Under the pieces are notes generated by a model. That model ran no database searches, was not told the DNA's origin, and worked only from the letters and a program-made list of their open reading frames with translations. DNA of 64,000 nt from Utricularia gibba. Lineage: Eukaryota > Plantae > Magnoliophyta. Location of the stretch: assembly GCA_002189035.1 (NCBI GenBank), contig NEEC01000014.1, forward strand, positions 2,294,001 through 2,358,000, read 5' to 3'. How positions within the stretch are numbered: position 1 is the first letter of the stretch; each line of letters opens with the position of its first letter. A program made the translations under genes and the position numbers. Shown here piece by piece: positions 59,801 through 64,000 of this stretch.

Positions 59801-61277
59801 CAGAAAGAAAGGGCAAGGAGGCTTGAAGAACAGAACAAAATGTTCTCAGCTCGCAAGCTCTGCCTTGTCTTAGATCTTGATCATACCCTCCTTAATTCAG
59901 CTAAGGCGTGTCTTTATTTCCTCTTTGTTTTTCGGACTCTCACGGTAAAATTTGAAAAATTGTGATTTTTGTTTTCTTTTTCACCAGTTTGCAGAAATTG
60001 ATCCCATACATGATGAGATTCTGAGAAGGAAAGAGGAACAGGATCGTGACAAGACTCAGAGGCATCTATTTCGGTTTCCACATATGGCGATGTGGACGAA
60101 ATTGAGGCCCGGGATTTGGAATTTCTTAAACAAGGTATTCAAAAATCTGAATCGCATTTCCATGGTATCATCACATGGTTTTCTGAATCTTTTTTTTTAT
60201 TGCATTCCAGGCCAGTAAACTCTATGAATTGCATCTCTCCACTATGGGGAACAAGTATTATGCCAGCGAGATGGCGAGACTGCTGGATCCAAGTGGGGAA
60301 TTGTTTTCTGGACGTGTTATCTCCCGTGGTGATAATGAGGAAGCATTTGACGGTGAGGACAGGGTTCCCAAAAGTAAAGATTTGGAAGGTGTCCTGGGTA
60401 TGGAGTCAGCCGTTGTAATTATAGATGACTCTGTTCGCGTTTGGCCCCTCAACAAGTTGAACTTGATAGTCGTGGAGCGGTAGGGGATCCAACTTCTCAG
60501 TGATCCTTTTTTGTGCACCTCCTTACCCAGCATTTAGTGAACTCTACTTTTTTTTCCTAGGTATATATACTTCCCTTGCAGCCGAAGACAATTTGGTCTT
60601 CCTGGTCCTTCTCTTCTGGAGATCGATCACGATGAGAGGCCAGAAGATGGAACTCTAGCCGCGGTGTTAGCGGTGAGCCGATTCTTTCAACATGTATATA
60701 AATAGTTATCCTGTCTTAAAGCCTTGAAAACAGGTGATCGGAAGAATACACGAAAGCTTTTTTGCACACCGGTCATTAGACGAAGCCGATGTTCGAACCA
60801 TCCTAGCCTCGGAACAGCACAAGATTCTCTCCGGCTGCCGCATTGTTTTCAGCAGGGTGTTCCCTGTTGGTGAAGCCAATCCTCACATGCACCCGCTTTG
60901 GCAGACAGCCGAGCAATTCGGAGCTGTCTGCGTTAATCAGATCGATGACCAGGTTACCCACGTAGTGGCGAATTCACCTGGGACGGATAAGGTACCTGCC
61001 TCTCCTCAACCCACCCATATCCAACTTGTGATGTTTTTGGTGTCATCAACAGAAGCATGATCCACCCACCCCTTTCTCAACAGGTAAACTGGGCAATCTC
61101 CAAGGGAAGATTCGCTGTGCATCCGGGATGGTAGGCTTTCTGTTCATATTTGAGCATGTTTTTTTTCCTTGTGCAGATTGTGTTGCTGACCCAAAAGAAA
61201 ACTTGCCGTTTCAGGGTGGAGGCATCAGCTCTGCTTTACAGAAGAGCTAACGAGCATGACTTCGCCATTAAACCATA
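56829..61277 (+). CDS. CPL3: RNA polymerase II CTD phosphatase-like 3 (FCP1-type, BRCT)
   Basis: N-terminal EGEI and NLAWMQAVKN motifs, LLDIHKDHDEDSLPSPTR, KSRDPRRR, catalytic LCLVLDLDHTLLNSAK, WTKLRPG and BRCT domain ILSGCRIVFSRVFPVG. TAA at 61275-61277; start codon approximate. Confidence 0.93.
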
Positions 61278-61866
61278 ATAAAATCAAATTAAAATGAAAC
61301 CCTAATCCCCAAAATCTAAATGAGCCCCCCCCCCCCCCCATGGGACCCGAGCCGCAACCGCATACCCTAATCTAATCCTCTGGGGAGTTAAAAGGGGTGG
61401 ATTAAAAAAAGTATTCATTCCCCATACAAATGGACTGGAGCTGGACACAAAACCCAATGGATGCACCAAGCCCCCGTTCTGTGCCCTTGGGAGAATGGGA
61501 TTTCTCCTTTTTTTCAGATGTCTTCTAGAACATATTCGATTCTTTTTTTCACCTTTCTGGAAAGTATATCCGTTATTTTTTGTGATGCCATCCGGAAGCG
61601 GGTACCAGGAACATGGAAACATAATCATTACTAAATGAACCCCAGGAAACGAACGGAGCTCCGTACCCAGTGAAGGCGTTCGGAGGAGACAACTTACGGG
61701 TGTCATCGTACGTGTCGTCGCCGGAATGGGGCGGCGGCCGGCGGACAACGAAGTGTGAGAGTAAGGGGTAGATCGGTCAAATGAGTGACTTGCTGTCCTC
61801 TACGTCTCGCGTTTCACAACCACAGCAGTGCTTCCCACAAGATCGGGGCCGGCGTACGATCTCCGC

Positions 61867-62431
61867 ATGCCGACTCTGACCTCGATGAAGACGCGCTTCA
61901 GCCATGAACAGCTTCGGTCGCTCGAGACGGCCTTCACGGCGGAGGAGCGCCCCGATTCTGGCATGAAACTGGGGCTCGCGAAGAAGCTCGGCCTGGAGAC
62001 GCGGCAGGTGGCGATATGGTTCCAGAACCAGAGGGCGAGGTCGAAGGGGAGGCAGATGGAGCGAGACCTGGATGTGCTCAAGTCCAACTATGATCACCTG
62101 GTCTTGGGCTTCCAGGATCTTAGGAAGGAGAACCAACTTCTTCTGCTTCAGGTATCATCCATCACCCAAAAAGTGAACGAACTACTTTTCACAAATCAAT
62201 TAACGGAGATGGCAAACCGCGCAGGTGCAGAGACTCAGGGAAATGGAGGAAGACGACTCCAAGAATCACAGGACATCGGGAGCCAGGGAAAACCCTGGAT
62301 TTCTAGGAGAACCAAGCAGTGAGATGGTGGAGGCTAAGTATCATCTGGATGCAGGATGTTACCTTCACGAGGGTTCCTTTGGTGATGGATGTAGTTTCCA
62401 GACTCACGATTCCCAATGGTGGGATTTCTGA
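61867..62431 (+). CDS. HD-Zip class I transcription factor (ATHB-7/ATHB-12-like, divergent)
   Basis: KTRFSHEQLRSLE...LGLETRQVAIWFQNQRAR, leucine zipper, intron 62152-62224 and C-terminal SQWWDF*. The start may be the upstream ATG at 61781 if a base is missing at 61845-61848. Confidence 0.85.
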
Positions 62432-62616
62432 TGCTGAGTTGTTATTGAGGGCTAATATTTATTTCAATTCGTAAAAGATAGAAAATGCTATGCACCCTGA
62501 ATACAAGATCGTTCACTTCTATCCAGCAGTGCCCTTCTTCACCCTGAAACGCATTGCATCAACAAGCATCCAACTTCTGACTGTAGTAAGGAAGTCCGAG
62601 TCCTCAGTTACACTAT

Positions 62617-63965
62617 TTAATTCTCTGTCTTCACTTTGGTTTCATCACCATTGGGCAGTATGTTCTGTGCATCTGATGATCGCTGGGCCTCCTGTAGAAG
62701 ATGCCAAATCTAAGAACTTATCCAAATACACTCCCAATCGGGTAGAAGGATTCTCTCATGCGTATCTACATTGAAGAATCAGTTCTATAAATAAGTTCCA
62801 TGTTAGGGAGGCACATCTCCACCAGTGCCTTATGTGTACGCCATTAAAGCAAAGGATTTTAGTCAATGGAATACATCCGGCAATACCAAAAGGATTACGT
62901 ATTAAAGTGAATCGTTCAATGAAAAGGCATAGTATCATCAACCAGAAATAACTCACCGCAGCAGAAGAAGCACGGATTTTTCTATAAGCTTCAACCTCAT
63001 CAGGGAATGCTTGCTCTAGTTCCTCAAGGAGGTGCCTTCGCATGCCCTGTATCAAAGTAAATTGTTCCTACTCATTCACACGTGAGTTTCAGATAACAAG
63101 TAAACAACGCTTGTTCAACTTCATTTGGAATGATCGTATAGCGATTGGGGGGAAAATTATGAAAGACACTCTTGGTCAAAAGGGACCCTCTCCACTTTCA
63201 CGTCAAGACCATAGAATGCATCCGCAGGTAAAAGTAGAAGTGATAGAAACACCAACCTTGAATGCATCAGACTTCCCTTTAGTTATCTGATTCTTTAGGA
63301 TGGAGCTATTCAATACATCCCTTGTAAATTCATCTGGGTTCTTCCCGTCATCTATCAAACTGTATTCCAATCACTGACTCCTTTAAGGGGCTCCCAAATC
63401 GTACAAACAAAGCAATCCTTCAACTGAAATAGTAAAAAGTGAGGAATCTTACCTCAGAACCCCTGTGGGCACTTCAATGTGGCATTTCTCCGCCAGTCGG
63501 GACACATTATCCAGCTCCAAAACTAAATTGTTCCTTGAAATCAAGAAAATAAACCATTCCCAATCCAAATTACCAAAACAACCAGACCTTAAATCACCTT
63601 ATCTAGACAAGTAAACTAGTTTCATCAGATACAAACCAATGAAAATAATAAATCCCAGCCGAGTTCCAGTAAAGGAAACATACACCGAGGGGCCAAAGAT
63701 ACGCAATTAATCAAAGAGAAATCACATACATTCTCTGGAGAAATGGAAGTTGTGAGGCGGCACTGTACGAGGAAACGATGAGATGGAGCTGGTGGAGAAT
63801 CGCTAGGGTTTTCTGTATGGAATTTATGACTAGATTCAGGTTTTGCTTCTGATCATCCGCAGGGGTTCCGGCGGTAGTTGCGGAAGATTCCATCGGTGAC
63901 GCCTCTTCAGGTTGAGCAATCATCATTCCATTCCCTCCGGCCGCCGCTGTCGCCGATGAATCCAT
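62617..63965 (-). CDS. MED10: Mediator subunit 10
   Basis: Five exons: QNLNLVINSIQKTLAILHQLHL, NNLVLELDNV, LIDDGKNPDEFTRD, RRHLLEELEQAFPDEVEAYR and a final PNGDETKVKTEN*. Confidence 0.93.
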
Positions 63966-64000
63966 ACAGTCAGTCATGCATGGAAGATGGTCACCAATGA

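Noticed and set aside
1-64000. CRISPR arrays, rRNA genes, telomeric arrays or organellar insertions
   Set aside because: None seen. The sequence is eukaryotic nuclear with spliceosomal introns and only isolated telo-box motifs.

Overview
This is a very gene-dense eudicot nuclear window. It holds about 26 intron-containing protein genes with short introns, one tRNA-Cys(GCA), a tandem pair of LHT amino-acid transporters, one degenerate full-length CRM-clade Ty3/Gypsy retrotransposon (46560-52996), a possible Tourist-like MITE and a relic fragment of an ARO-type armadillo gene. The density (about 2.2 kb per gene outside the retroelement) suggests a miniaturised genome such as a carnivorous Lentibulariaceae; this is inference and was not tested. 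The most pervasive hidden signal is at least 12 frameshifts in 9 genes, including the essential complex I 51 kDa subunit. Each is repaired by adding exactly one base at a short (mostly G/C) homopolymer, which most likely reflects long-read consensus errors and explains why the ORF track splits several genes and hides others. I found no convincing evidence of a wholly new biological system. The best biological leads are the LHT tandem pair (shared motif changes, an apparent gene-conversion tract, a nonsense codon in copy 2), a centromere-type retroelement in gene-rich DNA with mismatched target-site duplications, a peroxidase with a Pro-rich N-terminal extension, and intron gain/loss candidates.
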